Source of the DNA: Thermodesulfovibrionales bacterium
GTDB lineage: Bacteria > Nitrospirota > Thermodesulfovibrionia > Thermodesulfovibrionales > UBA6898
Reading direction: 5' to 3'
NCBI GenBank assembly: GCA_033853975.1
Contig: JAWOKY010000027.1
Span: forward strand, 15,444-79,443
DNA length: 64,000 bases
Below, piece by piece: positions 1-9,623 of the stretch. How positions within the stretch are numbered: the stretch's first letter is position 1; the number at the start of each line of letters is the position of its first letter. The position numbers were made by a program, and so were the translations under genes. The notes below the pieces were generated by a model. The model worked only from the letters and a program-made list of their open reading frames with translations. It did no database searches and had not been told where the DNA came from.

Positions 1-702
1 CCACGACTGGAAGACCGCGCCTATGCCGCCCCAGAGCTGTTCCATGGGATCATCCGGGAATTCCTTCCCGAGCGTCTGTTTGATGATGACCTTGAAATCA
101 TCGCAGAGTTTCTTCAGATCATCAATGGTGAGGTCCGTGTCGCTCGAATACCCCTTCCGTTTCTTGACGGCTTCCATCGCATGCTCAAGCTGCTGCCGAA
201 TCGCATGCCCTTCTTCAGGTTCGATGCCGGCGGCCTTTTCCATCACGACATCCGAATACATCATCATCAGTCTGCGATAGGCGTCGTAGACGAAGCGCTC
301 GTTGTTTGTGCGTTTTATCATCCCGGGGATGGTCTTTGTAGTGAGACCAACGTTCAGTACCGTCTCCATCATTCCGGGCATGGAACTGCGGGCCCCCGAA
401 CGGACAGATACCAAAAGAGGATTGACAGGGTCTCCGAACTTCCTCCCAATGATCTTCTCCACCTTGGCCAGGGCGGTGTCAACCTGTTTCTTTAATTCCG
501 GCGGATACTTGCGGTTGTTCTTATAGTAAAGCGTGCAAACCTCGGTTGTTATGGTAAACCCCGGAGGAACGGGGATACCGAGATTCGTCATCTCCGCGAT
601 GTTTGCGCCTTTGCCGCCCAACAGATTTTTCATTTCGGCTTTTCCGTCAGCCTTGCCGGCGCCAAAAAAATAAACGTATTTCGTTGCAGATACCTTTGCC
701 AT
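1..702 (-). CDS. ppdK: pyruvate, phosphate dikinase, N-terminal part (gene runs off the left edge)
   Basis: Absent from ORF track (no stop in window). Reverse-strand translation from ATG 702-700 gives MAKVSATKYVYFFGAGKADGKAEMKNLLGGKGANIAEMTNLGIPVPPGFTITTEVC..., the PPDK nucleotide-binding N-terminus. GGGAGG SD lies 7 nt upstream. Confidence 0.9.
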   Translation of the reverse strand, partial: MAKVSATKYVYFFGAGKADGKAEMKNLLGGKGANIAEMTNLGIPVPPGFTITTEVCTLYYKNNRKYPPELKKQVDTALAKVEKIIGRKFGDPVNPLLVSVRSGARSSMPGMMETVLNVGLTTKTIPGMIKRTNNERFVYDAYRRLMMMYSDVVMEKAAGIEPEEGHAIRQQLEHAMEAVKKRKGYSSDTDLTIDDLKKLCDDFKVIIKQTLGKEFPDDPMEQLWGGIGAVFQSW

Positions 703-903
703 TCAAAGACCTCCCAACATATTAGAATTTCAGGAATTATAGCCTAACGTACATCTCCAAAAAATTCAACAATAACATCGATGATTTATGGGTCTATTAA
801 TAAATAAAATAGACTTCCGCCGGCCGATTCTGCGCCCGGTTTCAAAAGAAATCTCTTGAAGAGGCGGGGAAAACCTGCTAAATAATTAATCAGGAGAAGA
901 CGT

Positions 904-1455
904 ATGATAAAAAGGATCCTGGCCCTTTTCGCAACCGCACTTCTTCTTTCCTCATGCGCTCACGCAATTTCAGAACAATACAGGGAAACAGCGGTAAAGG
1001 GAGTCAGCTTCACTCAGATACTCAACAATCCTGATGCTTACATCAACGGCATATTCATATTCGGCGGTACCATAGCAGAAACTACAAATACGAAAAAGGG
1101 TTCGGAAATCGAGGTCATACAAAACCCCATCGACAGATATGGAGAGGTCACCGATATCGACAAATCAGAGGGACGACTCATAGTAGAGACATCCCGACAT
1201 CTCGACCCGATGATTTACAAGGCTGGGAGAACTATAACTTTTGCCGGGAAATTGATGGGTGCAAGGGAAAAGCCACTTGCGGGGGTTGAATACCACTATC
1301 CCGTTTTTGAGGCAGAGGAACTCTATCTCTGGAAGCCTCCAAGTTCCTATTATGCGCCCTATCCGTGGTGGTATGATCCCTTCTACTCCCCTTTTTATCC
1401 TTATCCCTACTGGTATGGCCCTGTCTACAGGCCCTATTTCTATCCTTACTGGTAA
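904..1455 (+). CDS. Slp-family outer-membrane lipoprotein with Tyr/Pro-rich C-terminal tail
   Basis: Signal peptide plus lipobox LLSSC. Body follows the Slp pattern (NPDAY..G..FGGTI...IEV.Q.P.D..G...S.GRL.V.....LDP..Y..GR.ITF.G...G....G..Y.YPV..A..LYLW). GGAGAAG SD upstream. Confidence 0.8.
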   Translation: MIKRILALFATALLLSSCAHAISEQYRETAVKGVSFTQILNNPDAYINGIFIFGGTIAETTNTKKGSEIEVIQNPIDRYGEVTDIDKSEGRLIVETSRHLDPMIYKAGRTITFAGKLMGAREKPLAGVEYHYPVFEAEELYLWKPPSSYYAPYPWWYDPFYSPFYPYPYWYGPVYRPYFYPYW

Positions 1456-1539
1456 ATACCTGAATGGCAGATATCCTGCCCTTACGTTCCCCTGTACCGT
1501 CAATCCCTTACCCGCCTGCTGTTTTCAGGCGCCTTGATC

Positions 1540-2598
1540 CTATTCTTTAGCGCAGGGATCTTCTCCGTAACTGACTCCATGGCGGCCCTTTTCAATCATG
1601 CCGATGGGATAGGCGTCGTATCCGTTCTTCTTCAGAATATCTATCGCCCTCCGCTGGTGCCTTTCTTCGACCACCAGTATCAGGCCGACTCCCATATTGA
1701 AGGTCCGCCTCATGTCGTCGTGCGGAACTCCCCCCAACCGTTCGACCAGAGAAAAGATCGGCTGCCTGGGCCAGGACCCCTCATAAACGACCGCGCGCAG
1801 GCCCTTCGGAATTATCCTCGGCAGGTTTCCGGGGATTCCGCCTCCGGTGATATGAGCCATTCCCTTTATATCCACCCTTTTTCGCAGTGCGTTGAATGCC
1901 TTCACGTAGATTCTCGTGGGTCTCAATAACTCCTCGCCGAGAGATTTGCCCAATTCAGGTACATATTTCCCGACCTTCATCTTCCCGAGATCAAAGAAGA
2001 CCTTTCTGACGAGAGAGTAACCGTTACTGTGAAGACCGTTCGATACGATCCCCACGAGCGCATCGCCGGCCCTTATACTGCTGCCGTCGATTATCCTCTC
2101 CTTTTCAACCACTCCAACTGCGAACCCCGAAAGATCGTATTCTCCTTTGGCGTAGAAGCCGGGCATCTCGGCAGTTTCCCCGCCGACAAGCGCACATCCC
2201 GACTCGATGCAGCCGGCAGTTATCCCCTTTACGACATCGGCGGCCTTTTCGGGTTTCAGCCTGCCCGTTGCAAAATAATCCAGGAAGAAGAGGGGATCCG
2301 CCCCGCTTGTAAGGATATCGTTGACGCACATCGCAACGAGGTCTATCCCCACGGTGTCATGCCTGTCTGCAAGGAAGGCAATCTTGAGCTTTGTCCCGAC
2401 GCCGTCGGTTCCGCTTACGAGAACGGGGTGTCTGTACCTTTTTGTGTCGAGCCTGAAGAGGGCGCCAAAAGACCCGATATCGGTCATCACTCCGGGCCGG
2501 AATGTTTTACGCACAAGGGGGGTGATCATATCGACGAACCTCTCCCCTTCATCGATATCAACGCCGGCCTTTTTGTAGGTTAGACTTTTTGCCTTCAT
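1540..2598 (-). CDS. purM: phosphoribosylformylglycinamidine cyclo-ligase (AIR synthase)
   Basis: ORF 1540-2724 trimmed to ATG at 2598 (MKAKSLTYKKAGVDIDEGERF...). PurM motifs DGVGTK, GGETAEMPG, SNGLHSNGYSL. Confidence 0.95.
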   Translation of the reverse strand: MKAKSLTYKKAGVDIDEGERFVDMITPLVRKTFRPGVMTDIGSFGALFRLDTKRYRHPVLVSGTDGVGTKLKIAFLADRHDTVGIDLVAMCVNDILTSGADPLFFLDYFATGRLKPEKAADVVKGITAGCIESGCALVGGETAEMPGFYAKGEYDLSGFAVGVVEKERIIDGSSIRAGDALVGIVSNGLHSNGYSLVRKVFFDLGKMKVGKYVPELGKSLGEELLRPTRIYVKAFNALRKRVDIKGMAHITGGGIPGNLPRIIPKGLRAVVYEGSWPRQPIFSLVERLGGVPHDDMRRTFNMGVGLILVVEERHQRRAIDILKKNGYDAYPIGMIEKGRHGVSYGEDPCAKE

Positions 2599-2702
2599 GT
2601 TTTTTCCAGAGGAAGCGGTCAAGTGTCTATATTTTGCACAAAGGTAATCCAAAGGGCAAGCCAATTTCGATTTACGTATCCGTGGTGCTACAATATGCGG
2701 TG

Positions 2703-3482
2703 ATGGCACTGATCCTTGTGACAAATGACGACGGAGTCCACTCGCCGGGAATCATAGCCCTTTATCGCGCCATGAAGGAACTCGGAGATGCTTACATCGT
2801 CGCCCCGGACCGAGAAAGAAGCGCAGCAGGCCACTCCCTCACCATGCACCGGCCGCTCAGGCCAGAGGAGATACGAGAGCGCGTATTCAGCCTCAACGGC
2901 ACGCCGACAGACTGCGTCACAATCGGCATAAACAAGCTTCTCCCAAAGAGACCGGACCTCATCGTCTCGGGGGTCAACAAGGGGGCCAACCTCGGCGACG
3001 ATATCACGTATTCGGGTACTGTATCTGCCGCCGTGGAGGGGACGATCTTCGGAATCCCGTCAATGGCCTTTTCGCTTGTCGCAGACAGGCACTATCATTT
3101 CGAGACGGCCTCTTCCTTTGCCCTGAAGATCGCCTCCTACGCGCTCGAACATTCGCTGCCCTATGATACGCTTCTTAACGTAAATGTACCGAACGTTCCA
3201 AGACAGGAAATACTCGGCGTGAAGTTCACGAGACAGGGGAAGCGTGTCTATGACGGATCGATCCAGGAAACATTTGATCCCTGGGGACAGAAACATTTCT
3301 GGATAGGCGGAGGGCAGCCATTTTGGGAACGCGGCGAAGACATGGATATCGAGGCAGTACAGTCTAACTACATCTCTGTCACGCCGATCCACCTCGACCT
3401 CACGAATTATGACGCGCTCGCCTTTTTCAGGAAAAAATGGGCCTTGAATGATATATGGATGGAACGCGATGAAAAAGTATGA
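2703..3482 (+). CDS. surE: 5'/3'-nucleotidase SurE
   Basis: ORF trimmed to ATG 2703: MALILVTNDDGVHSPGI..., then GVNKGANLGDDITYSGTV. Classic surE...pcm neighbourhood. Confidence 0.95.
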   Translation: MALILVTNDDGVHSPGIIALYRAMKELGDAYIVAPDRERSAAGHSLTMHRPLRPEEIRERVFSLNGTPTDCVTIGINKLLPKRPDLIVSGVNKGANLGDDITYSGTVSAAVEGTIFGIPSMAFSLVADRHYHFETASSFALKIASYALEHSLPYDTLLNVNVPNVPRQEILGVKFTRQGKRVYDGSIQETFDPWGQKHFWIGGGQPFWERGEDMDIEAVQSNYISVTPIHLDLTNYDALAFFRKKWALNDIWMERDEKV

Positions 3483-4848
3483 CGTCATAATTGTCGGAGC
3501 CGGTCCTGCCGGGATCTTCGCCGCCCTTGAATTACTGAAATCCTCCTCGAAGATCAAGATCCTCATCATCGAAAAGGGAAAGGACATCGATAGCAGGTCC
3601 TGCCCGACAAACGTCAGGAACGTCTCCTGCACCGCCTGTCCCGAATGCAGCCTGCTCAGCGGTTGGGGCGGCGCAGGAGCATTCAGCGACGGCAAGCTCA
3701 GTCTCTCGCCGGACGTCGGCGGCTTTCTTTCACGCTACATGGATAACGACGATGTCCGGACCCTTATCGAATATGTGGACGCTATTTACGTTCATTACGG
3801 CGCACCTGTGGAGGTATTCGGCGAGGGGGCCGAGGAGATCCGGGAGCTCGAAAGAACCGCCTCGAAGAACGGCCTTGTCCTTGTACCGTCGAGGGTACGC
3901 CATATCGGGACCGACCGCTGCAGGCCTCTCCTTAAGAAGATGAAGGAGGAAGTTAACGGCAGGGTCAGCACCATTTTTCAGGCAGAGGCACAGACAGTAC
4001 TCGTGGAAAAGGGACAGTTTAAGGGCGTTATCCTGAAAGACGGGCAGAAGATCCACGGTGACTTCCTTATACTCGCCCCCGGCCGGGAGGGGTCGCGATG
4101 GCTCGAAGAGGAATCCCGGAGACTGAACCTTACTCTCCTCAACAACCCTGTCGATATTGGCGTGCGTGTCGAGCTGCCCGCGGCCGTACTTGAGCCGATC
4201 ACGAATATTACCTATGAGCCCAAGCTCCTTTTTTACACAAAGAGGTTCGACGACAAGGTGCGCACCTTTTGCGTAAACCCTTACGGAGAGGTGGTAAAGG
4301 AATACCTCAAGGGAATATGGACTGTCAATGGGCATAGCTATGCCGACAGGAGGACGCGCAACACGAACTTTGCGCTCCTGGTGAGTACCTATTTTACCGA
4401 GCCCTTTGATGAGCCGATATCCTATGGGAGATACATAGCACAACTGGCCAATTTTCTGGGAAAGGGTGTAATAGTCCAGAGGCTGGGTGACCTCATTGCC
4501 GGGCGGCGGTCAACTCATGAACGCATCTCCAGGGGGATAGTCCGGCCCACGCTGAAGGATGCGACACCCGGCGACCTCAGCTTCGTCATCCCCTACCGGT
4601 ACCTCTGCGACATCATGGAGATGCTCGAGGCCCTCGACAAAATAGCCCCGGGCGTAAATTCGCGTTACACCCTCCTTTACGGCGTGGAAGTGAAATTCTA
4701 TTCGATGCAGCTTAAGCTCACCAACAGTCTCGAGACCGAGATCGAAAATGTCTTCGCAGTGGGCGACGGCGCGGGGGTCAGCAGGGGGCTGATACAGGCG
4801 TCGGCTTCGGGCGTCGTAGCTGCCAGAGAAATCCTCTCCCGCGTGTGA
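3469..4848 (+). CDS. FAD-dependent oxidoreductase (COG2509-like uncharacterised dehydrogenase)
   Basis: Trimmed to MKKYDVIIVGAGPAGIFAA (GxGxxG Rossmann). C-terminal FAVGDGAG. 14-nt overlap with surE. Confidence 0.8.
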   Translation: MKKYDVIIVGAGPAGIFAALELLKSSSKIKILIIEKGKDIDSRSCPTNVRNVSCTACPECSLLSGWGGAGAFSDGKLSLSPDVGGFLSRYMDNDDVRTLIEYVDAIYVHYGAPVEVFGEGAEEIRELERTASKNGLVLVPSRVRHIGTDRCRPLLKKMKEEVNGRVSTIFQAEAQTVLVEKGQFKGVILKDGQKIHGDFLILAPGREGSRWLEEESRRLNLTLLNNPVDIGVRVELPAAVLEPITNITYEPKLLFYTKRFDDKVRTFCVNPYGEVVKEYLKGIWTVNGHSYADRRTRNTNFALLVSTYFTEPFDEPISYGRYIAQLANFLGKGVIVQRLGDLIAGRRSTHERISRGIVRPTLKDATPGDLSFVIPYRYLCDIMEMLEALDKIAPGVNSRYTLLYGVEVKFYSMQLKLTNSLETEIENVFAVGDGAGVSRGLIQASASGVVAAREILSRV

Positions 4849-4860
4849 TACACTCAAGTC

Positions 4861-5505
4861 ATGGGATATGAAGAAATCAGAAAGATGATGGTAGAGTCGC
4901 AATTGGTCCCGCGGGGGATAAGCGATGAGAGGGTGCTCGATGCGATGAGGCGTGTTCCCCGCCATCTCTTTGTCGAGGCCTTGATCCGTCATAGCGCATA
5001 CGATGACATGGCCCTTCCGATAGGGGAAGGTCAGACGATCTCACAGCCCTATATGGTGGCGATAATGACGGAACTGCTTGAACTGAGGGGCTCCGAGAAG
5101 GTCCTTGAAGTGGGCACGGGGTCAGGCTACCAGGCAGCGATACTTGCGGAACTCGCAAGGGAGGTCTATTCGATCGAAAGGATAGTGGCGCTCACAGAAA
5201 GGGCAAAAGAGGCACTGACGTCTCTGGAGTATGAAAATGTCCACCTCAAGAGCGGCGACGGTACCCTGGGATGGCCCGAGGAGGCGCCTTTTGACAGAAT
5301 CATTATTACCGCAGCCTCTCCGGAGATACCGGAGCCGTTATTGGAACAGCTTGCATTAAACGGTATCCTTCTGGCGCCGGTAGGAAGCAGGTTCTCCCAG
5401 CAGCTTCTTAAGATAATAAAGACAGAAGAGGGCATAAAGGAAGAATATCACACCCCCTGTGTCTTCGTGCCTCTCATCGGAGAACACGGCTGGAAGGAAG
5501 AGTAA
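4861..5505 (+). CDS. pcm: protein-L-isoaspartate O-methyltransferase
   Basis: 214 aa. TISQPYMVA and LEVGTGSGYQAA SAM-binding motif. Sits next to surE. Confidence 0.95.
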   Translation: MGYEEIRKMMVESQLVPRGISDERVLDAMRRVPRHLFVEALIRHSAYDDMALPIGEGQTISQPYMVAIMTELLELRGSEKVLEVGTGSGYQAAILAELAREVYSIERIVALTERAKEALTSLEYENVHLKSGDGTLGWPEEAPFDRIIITAASPEIPEPLLEQLALNGILLAPVGSRFSQQLLKIIKTEEGIKEEYHTPCVFVPLIGEHGWKEE

Positions 5506-5599
5506 TCGGCAAAATCCCTTCATTGCGCACCTAAGGCCTCAATATCTACGCAGGGAACTTTTAACTGGCGCGACTTACCCCGTTTGTACCCTGCCGCTG

Positions 5600-7528
5600 T
5601 TATTTCTCCTTCCTCACTTCCCTCAACAGCCTTCTATAAATCACCTTCTGCTCGGTGCCCATCTCTTTTTTTCCGAATCGGGCTTCTTCGTAACGCCTCA
5701 GGAATTCCTCCGCGTTTTTCCACGCCCTTTTTTTCGCCTCATCACGCAGATCGCCGGCAGTTGTTGCATCGGTAATGAGTATCCCTTTTCTCCTCAGGGA
5801 CCTTCTCAAAACCATATACCCTCCGGTAATAAGATCGTAGCGCCGGAAGCGCATGGTCCGGGCAGCAAACAAAACGGCGATGCAGAGAAGAAACAGGAAG
5901 ACAAGCAGGCGGGCGGCCCATCCCGGGGAAGCGTATCGAACCCATGGTGCAGGCACCCGCGGAAGCCTGAAGGGAAGCAGGAAGCTCCGAAGGATGCTCT
6001 TCTGGTCTTGAGAGTTGAACCCAACCACATACCTCGACCAGTCCATCTTCAGAGAGTCCAGAAAAAGAGAAAAAGAGGAGGGGCTTGCAACGGCGACAGC
6101 GGGCGTGGGATCGAACCTCGTCCATCTGCCGTCGATAAACCCCTCCACCCATGAATGGGCATCACTTTCCCTCACCAGTATGTAACCGCCGTAAGAGTTC
6201 TTCTCCCCGCCATGAAAGCCGCTGACTATCCTTGCGGGTATTCCGAGGAAACGGAGCATGAGCACCATAGAGGTAGCATAATGTTCACAGTAGCCCTTCT
6301 TCGAATTCAGGAGAAAATCCTCGATTGCGCTCATCCCCTTTGGTGGGCGGGAAGTAGAAAGAGAATACGTGTAATTCCTCTGGAGATAGTGTTCCAGGGC
6401 CGCGGCCTTTCCTGCTGACGTTCTTTCACCTGCCGTCACCCGCCTTGCAAGGGCCCCTATCCTTCCCATGCCGGCAGGAAGCTGAAGATACCTGCCGTCA
6501 GCCTCGCCCGGGTAACTGTCCCCGGGAGTGCTGTAGGCGACGTATTGAATACTCCGGGATATCTTTCCCGGGAAGTAGACACACGAAGCGCTGTCCGTAA
6601 GCAGCGCGAAGGAATCAGTTTTTACGCCCCGGATTTGGGAGAGTCCGAAGATGACGTTCGAGTCTATAGGCTCAATGTAAACCTTCTGCTCCACTGCATC
6701 CCTCCGGTCATAGGGAGAAAGCACGTATTCACCATCCCTCCTTTCAGAGCGGAATCTCCGGTGGAATGCGCTGACGAGAGAATTCTTCCAGGCAAGGCCG
6801 TCGAAGTAATCGAAGGTCGTGCCCCTCCAGTAATAAGGGGGCCGCAGGGCGTCATTCACCTCTATCCTCATCACTACAGAAGGGTCGAGCTTAATATTTC
6901 CGAACGAGCCGAAATCCATGCTGTTTGAAAATCCGCTTGCCTTGATTGCCCTTACACGGTTCTGGCCGAACATCCTTCCTGATGTCCTTGGGAGAGCGAT
7001 GAATAAGAAGAAGGTGACAACAAGTGTGAGGGACGATACGAAAAAGAGGATTTTCCAGATCTCCCGGAGGCCGGAATAACCCTCTTTCATAAAATGGGAA
7101 AGAACCATTGCTGTCACGAGCAGCACAAGGAACACCATAAAGACTGCGCCGAAGGCCACAGAATTGGTAAGCTCCGATGCGACGATGAGCTGAAGCAGAG
7201 ACACGAAAAATACCTGGAGGTTGTCCCAGGGCTCCTTCAGATCGAAACTCTTGATCGCCTGAAAGGCTACGGTAAGATGAGCGACGGCAACAACGACGTC
7301 TCCTGAGACGACCACGGCATCAAAGAAGAAGACACCCAGGGCAAGCAACGAAAGTGTGCCAATGGTCCACTTTCCGGCCACAGGCTTGTCGCTCAGAAAA
7401 CGATAGTATCCCGGAAACAGCGCGAGCCCGCTGACCGACATGACAGGGTTCATCTCGCCGGTCATGACTAAGCCGGCGCATCCAATAAATGCGAGGGCAG
7501 CGGTAAGGTATTTATAAAATCTCTGCAT
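5600..7528 (-). CDS. transglutaminase-domain membrane protein (TgpA-like)
   Basis: 642 aa. Multi-TM N-terminal half, transglutaminase core KKGYCEHYATSMVLMLR...DAHSWVE...D (Cys-His-Asp), and a late TM. 17-nt overlap with the upstream DUF58 gene. Confidence 0.85.
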   Translation of the reverse strand: MQRFYKYLTAALAFIGCAGLVMTGEMNPVMSVSGLALFPGYYRFLSDKPVAGKWTIGTLSLLALGVFFFDAVVVSGDVVVAVAHLTVAFQAIKSFDLKEPWDNLQVFFVSLLQLIVASELTNSVAFGAVFMVFLVLLVTAMVLSHFMKEGYSGLREIWKILFFVSSLTLVVTFFLFIALPRTSGRMFGQNRVRAIKASGFSNSMDFGSFGNIKLDPSVVMRIEVNDALRPPYYWRGTTFDYFDGLAWKNSLVSAFHRRFRSERRDGEYVLSPYDRRDAVEQKVYIEPIDSNVIFGLSQIRGVKTDSFALLTDSASCVYFPGKISRSIQYVAYSTPGDSYPGEADGRYLQLPAGMGRIGALARRVTAGERTSAGKAAALEHYLQRNYTYSLSTSRPPKGMSAIEDFLLNSKKGYCEHYATSMVLMLRFLGIPARIVSGFHGGEKNSYGGYILVRESDAHSWVEGFIDGRWTRFDPTPAVAVASPSSFSLFLDSLKMDWSRYVVGFNSQDQKSILRSFLLPFRLPRVPAPWVRYASPGWAARLLVFLFLLCIAVLFAARTMRFRRYDLITGGYMVLRRSLRRKGILITDATTAGDLRDEAKKRAWKNAEEFLRRYEEARFGKKEMGTEQKVIYRRLLREVRKEK

Positions 7529-8540
7529 GCACCACCAGATCGCTGATTACAATGAGATCGGGCAACGAAGGCCGCGAAGACCTGAAAACCGACACGACAA
7601 GCCCCTCCCCTTCGCCCGGCAAGGGACTTTCCCATCTGTCTTCTTCTGCGATCACTGCGAGGATGTCGAGGATCTTGAAGAGCTGTTCATCGCCGCCTCC
7701 GTAGGGGATTACCTTCTTCGCTGAAACTATCCTCACCAGGTTACCTCTTTCGATGAAATGTCTTGCAAGCGATGCAGCGACGGATACGGCCTTTTCGAAG
7801 ACGTCGATGTCTTCCCTTGAGACGGGCCCGCCCTGTTTGAGGTTGTCCAGTATGATCGTCGTCCGCCGTAGTTCGTGGTCGCCGTATTCCTTGACCATGA
7901 GCGCCGAGACCTTTGCGGACGCCTTCCAGTGTATCAGCCTCAGATCATCGCCATGTCTGTACTCCCGCAAGGAATAGACATCATCCCCCGCCCCTCCCGG
8001 GCGCATGCCCGCTCCCTCTTCGCTTTCACGGCCTCTGCAAACGATGTCTTCCACATCCCGGAGTGCTGGGTATACCAGGACCTCTCCCTCCACTTCCATG
8101 GCAACCCCGCCCTCAAGAAGGATAAAGGGAAATCCGCTTTGCGCCGTAAAGCTTCGGCATCCGTAGAGCCCTCTTTTTCTGAAGAGGATCTTAACGTCCC
8201 TGGTCGCTTCGTCATGCGCCGGGACAACGGGGAAGTAAGCGCGCGATGTCATTCCCTCCGAAAGGACACTCACCGAATAGGAGGGAGTGTAGCGCTTCCT
8301 GTTTCTCACTGTAATTGAAATGGAAGCCTCCTTCCCTGCAAAGACGGGCGAAACCGAAACAGTCTGGGCTGAGAGCTTAGAGAGGTTCAATTTCAGAATC
8401 ACGACAGAAAGAACGATCAGGGAAAGCATGAGCGCAAGAATAAGGTAGATGAGGTTATTGCCGGTGTTAAGCGCAGCCGCTGCAATCAAAACCGAGGCGA
8501 GAACGAACCTCTTGCCTTCGCGGGTAGACTTCATGATCAC
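7512..8540 (-). CDS. DUF58 domain protein (vWA-like partner of MoxR)
   Basis: 342 aa. N-terminal TM pair and the conserved DUF58 stretch DDVYSLREYRHGDDLRLIHWKASAK. GTG 8540 / ATG 8534 immediately after the MoxR stop. Confidence 0.85.
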   Translation of the reverse strand: MIMKSTREGKRFVLASVLIAAAALNTGNNLIYLILALMLSLIVLSVVILKLNLSKLSAQTVSVSPVFAGKEASISITVRNRKRYTPSYSVSVLSEGMTSRAYFPVVPAHDEATRDVKILFRKRGLYGCRSFTAQSGFPFILLEGGVAMEVEGEVLVYPALRDVEDIVCRGRESEEGAGMRPGGAGDDVYSLREYRHGDDLRLIHWKASAKVSALMVKEYGDHELRRTTIILDNLKQGGPVSREDIDVFEKAVSVAASLARHFIERGNLVRIVSAKKVIPYGGGDEQLFKILDILAVIAEEDRWESPLPGEGEGLVVSVFRSSRPSLPDLIVISDLVVHAEIL

Positions 8541-8541
8541 A

Positions 8542-9465
8542 TCAGACCGGCACAGGTATCTTCCCGACGATCTCTCTGACGATCGTTTCGGCGTCCGAGA
8601 TGAATTTTCCGGTCTTCAGGATGAGCCTGTGTCCAAGGACGAGAGGCGCAAGCTCTCTGACGTCGTCGGGCAATGCAAACCCCCTTCCCTCATAATAGGC
8701 GTGGGCCCTTACCGACTGCACAAAAAACTGCGCACCCCTTGTGCTCACCCCAAGGCGCACTCTTTCGTGCCTCCGCGTCTCCGAAACAACATTCATGAGA
8801 TAGTCGATGAGGCTGTCCTCGATCATAACAGAGTCGACCTCCTCCTGCATGCCGAGTATCTCCTGCCTGGTAATCACCGGCCCCATACTATCGAGCGTCC
8901 GAAAGCTCGGCGGTTCGATCAGCGCTATCTTCTCGAATTCGCGGGATGGATACCCGATCCTGATATGCATCATGAAGCGGTCGAGCTGACTTTCCGGCAA
9001 AGGGAAGGTGCCGTGATATTCTATGGGGTTCTGCGTGGCGATGACCATGAAGGGCTCAGGCAACCTGAAGGTATTTCCGTCGACCGTCACCTTCTTTTCG
9101 TTCATCGCCTCAAGGAGAGCGGATTGGGTCTTTGGGCCCGTCCTGTTGATCTCGTCGGCAAGCACGATATTCGAAAAGAGAGGGCCGGGCCTGAATTCGA
9201 ACTCCTTCGTCTCCTGGCTGAAGAGGCTTATCCCGATAATGTCCGACGGCATGAGGTCGCTTGTAAACTGCACACGGTGAAAGGAACAGTCTGTTGCCTT
9301 CGCAAGGGCATAGGCAAGCGTAGTTTTGCCTACCCCCGGCACGTCCTCAATCAGGAGGTTCCCGCGGCCCAGGAGTGTCACGATCGCCATCTTAATGGCC
9401 TCGGACTTCCCCCTGATTACCGAATCCATGCGGTCATGAAGACGCTGCAGCGATTGATTGGCCAT
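8542..9465 (-). CDS. MoxR-family AAA+ ATPase
   Basis: Walker A EDVPGVGKT, Walker B LADEINR, ATQNPIE..GT.PLPE.QLDRF. Start is ambiguous (ATG 9465, ATG 9480 or TTG 9504) and none has a clear SD. Confidence 0.9.
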   Translation of the reverse strand: MANQSLQRLHDRMDSVIRGKSEAIKMAIVTLLGRGNLLIEDVPGVGKTTLAYALAKATDCSFHRVQFTSDLMPSDIIGISLFSQETKEFEFRPGPLFSNIVLADEINRTGPKTQSALLEAMNEKKVTVDGNTFRLPEPFMVIATQNPIEYHGTFPLPESQLDRFMMHIRIGYPSREFEKIALIEPPSFRTLDSMGPVITRQEILGMQEEVDSVMIEDSLIDYLMNVVSETRRHERVRLGVSTRGAQFFVQSVRAHAYYEGRGFALPDDVRELAPLVLGHRLILKTGKFISDAETIVREIVGKIPVPV

Positions 9466-9623
9466 ATGGCTATTATACATTGGCGCAGAAGGTCGGAGGG
9501 CCAAAATTTCGGCCTGCCACGCGCCCTTTTAGCTGATCGCCCCGCGAAATATGGAGAAAAAATAGCATATTCCCTATATAATAATAAAACTTTTTCAGGA
9601 CAACAAAACGGAGGTGTTTCAGC

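Noticed and set aside
1540-2724. N-terminal extensions of track ORFs (purM; also surE 2589, queA 19689, zwf 32892, ettA 45069, ybeY 23741, amt 50190)
   Set aside because: The extensions overlap upstream genes or promoters, are not protein-like, and the family-typical N-termini begin at internal ATGs. Coordinates were trimmed accordingly.
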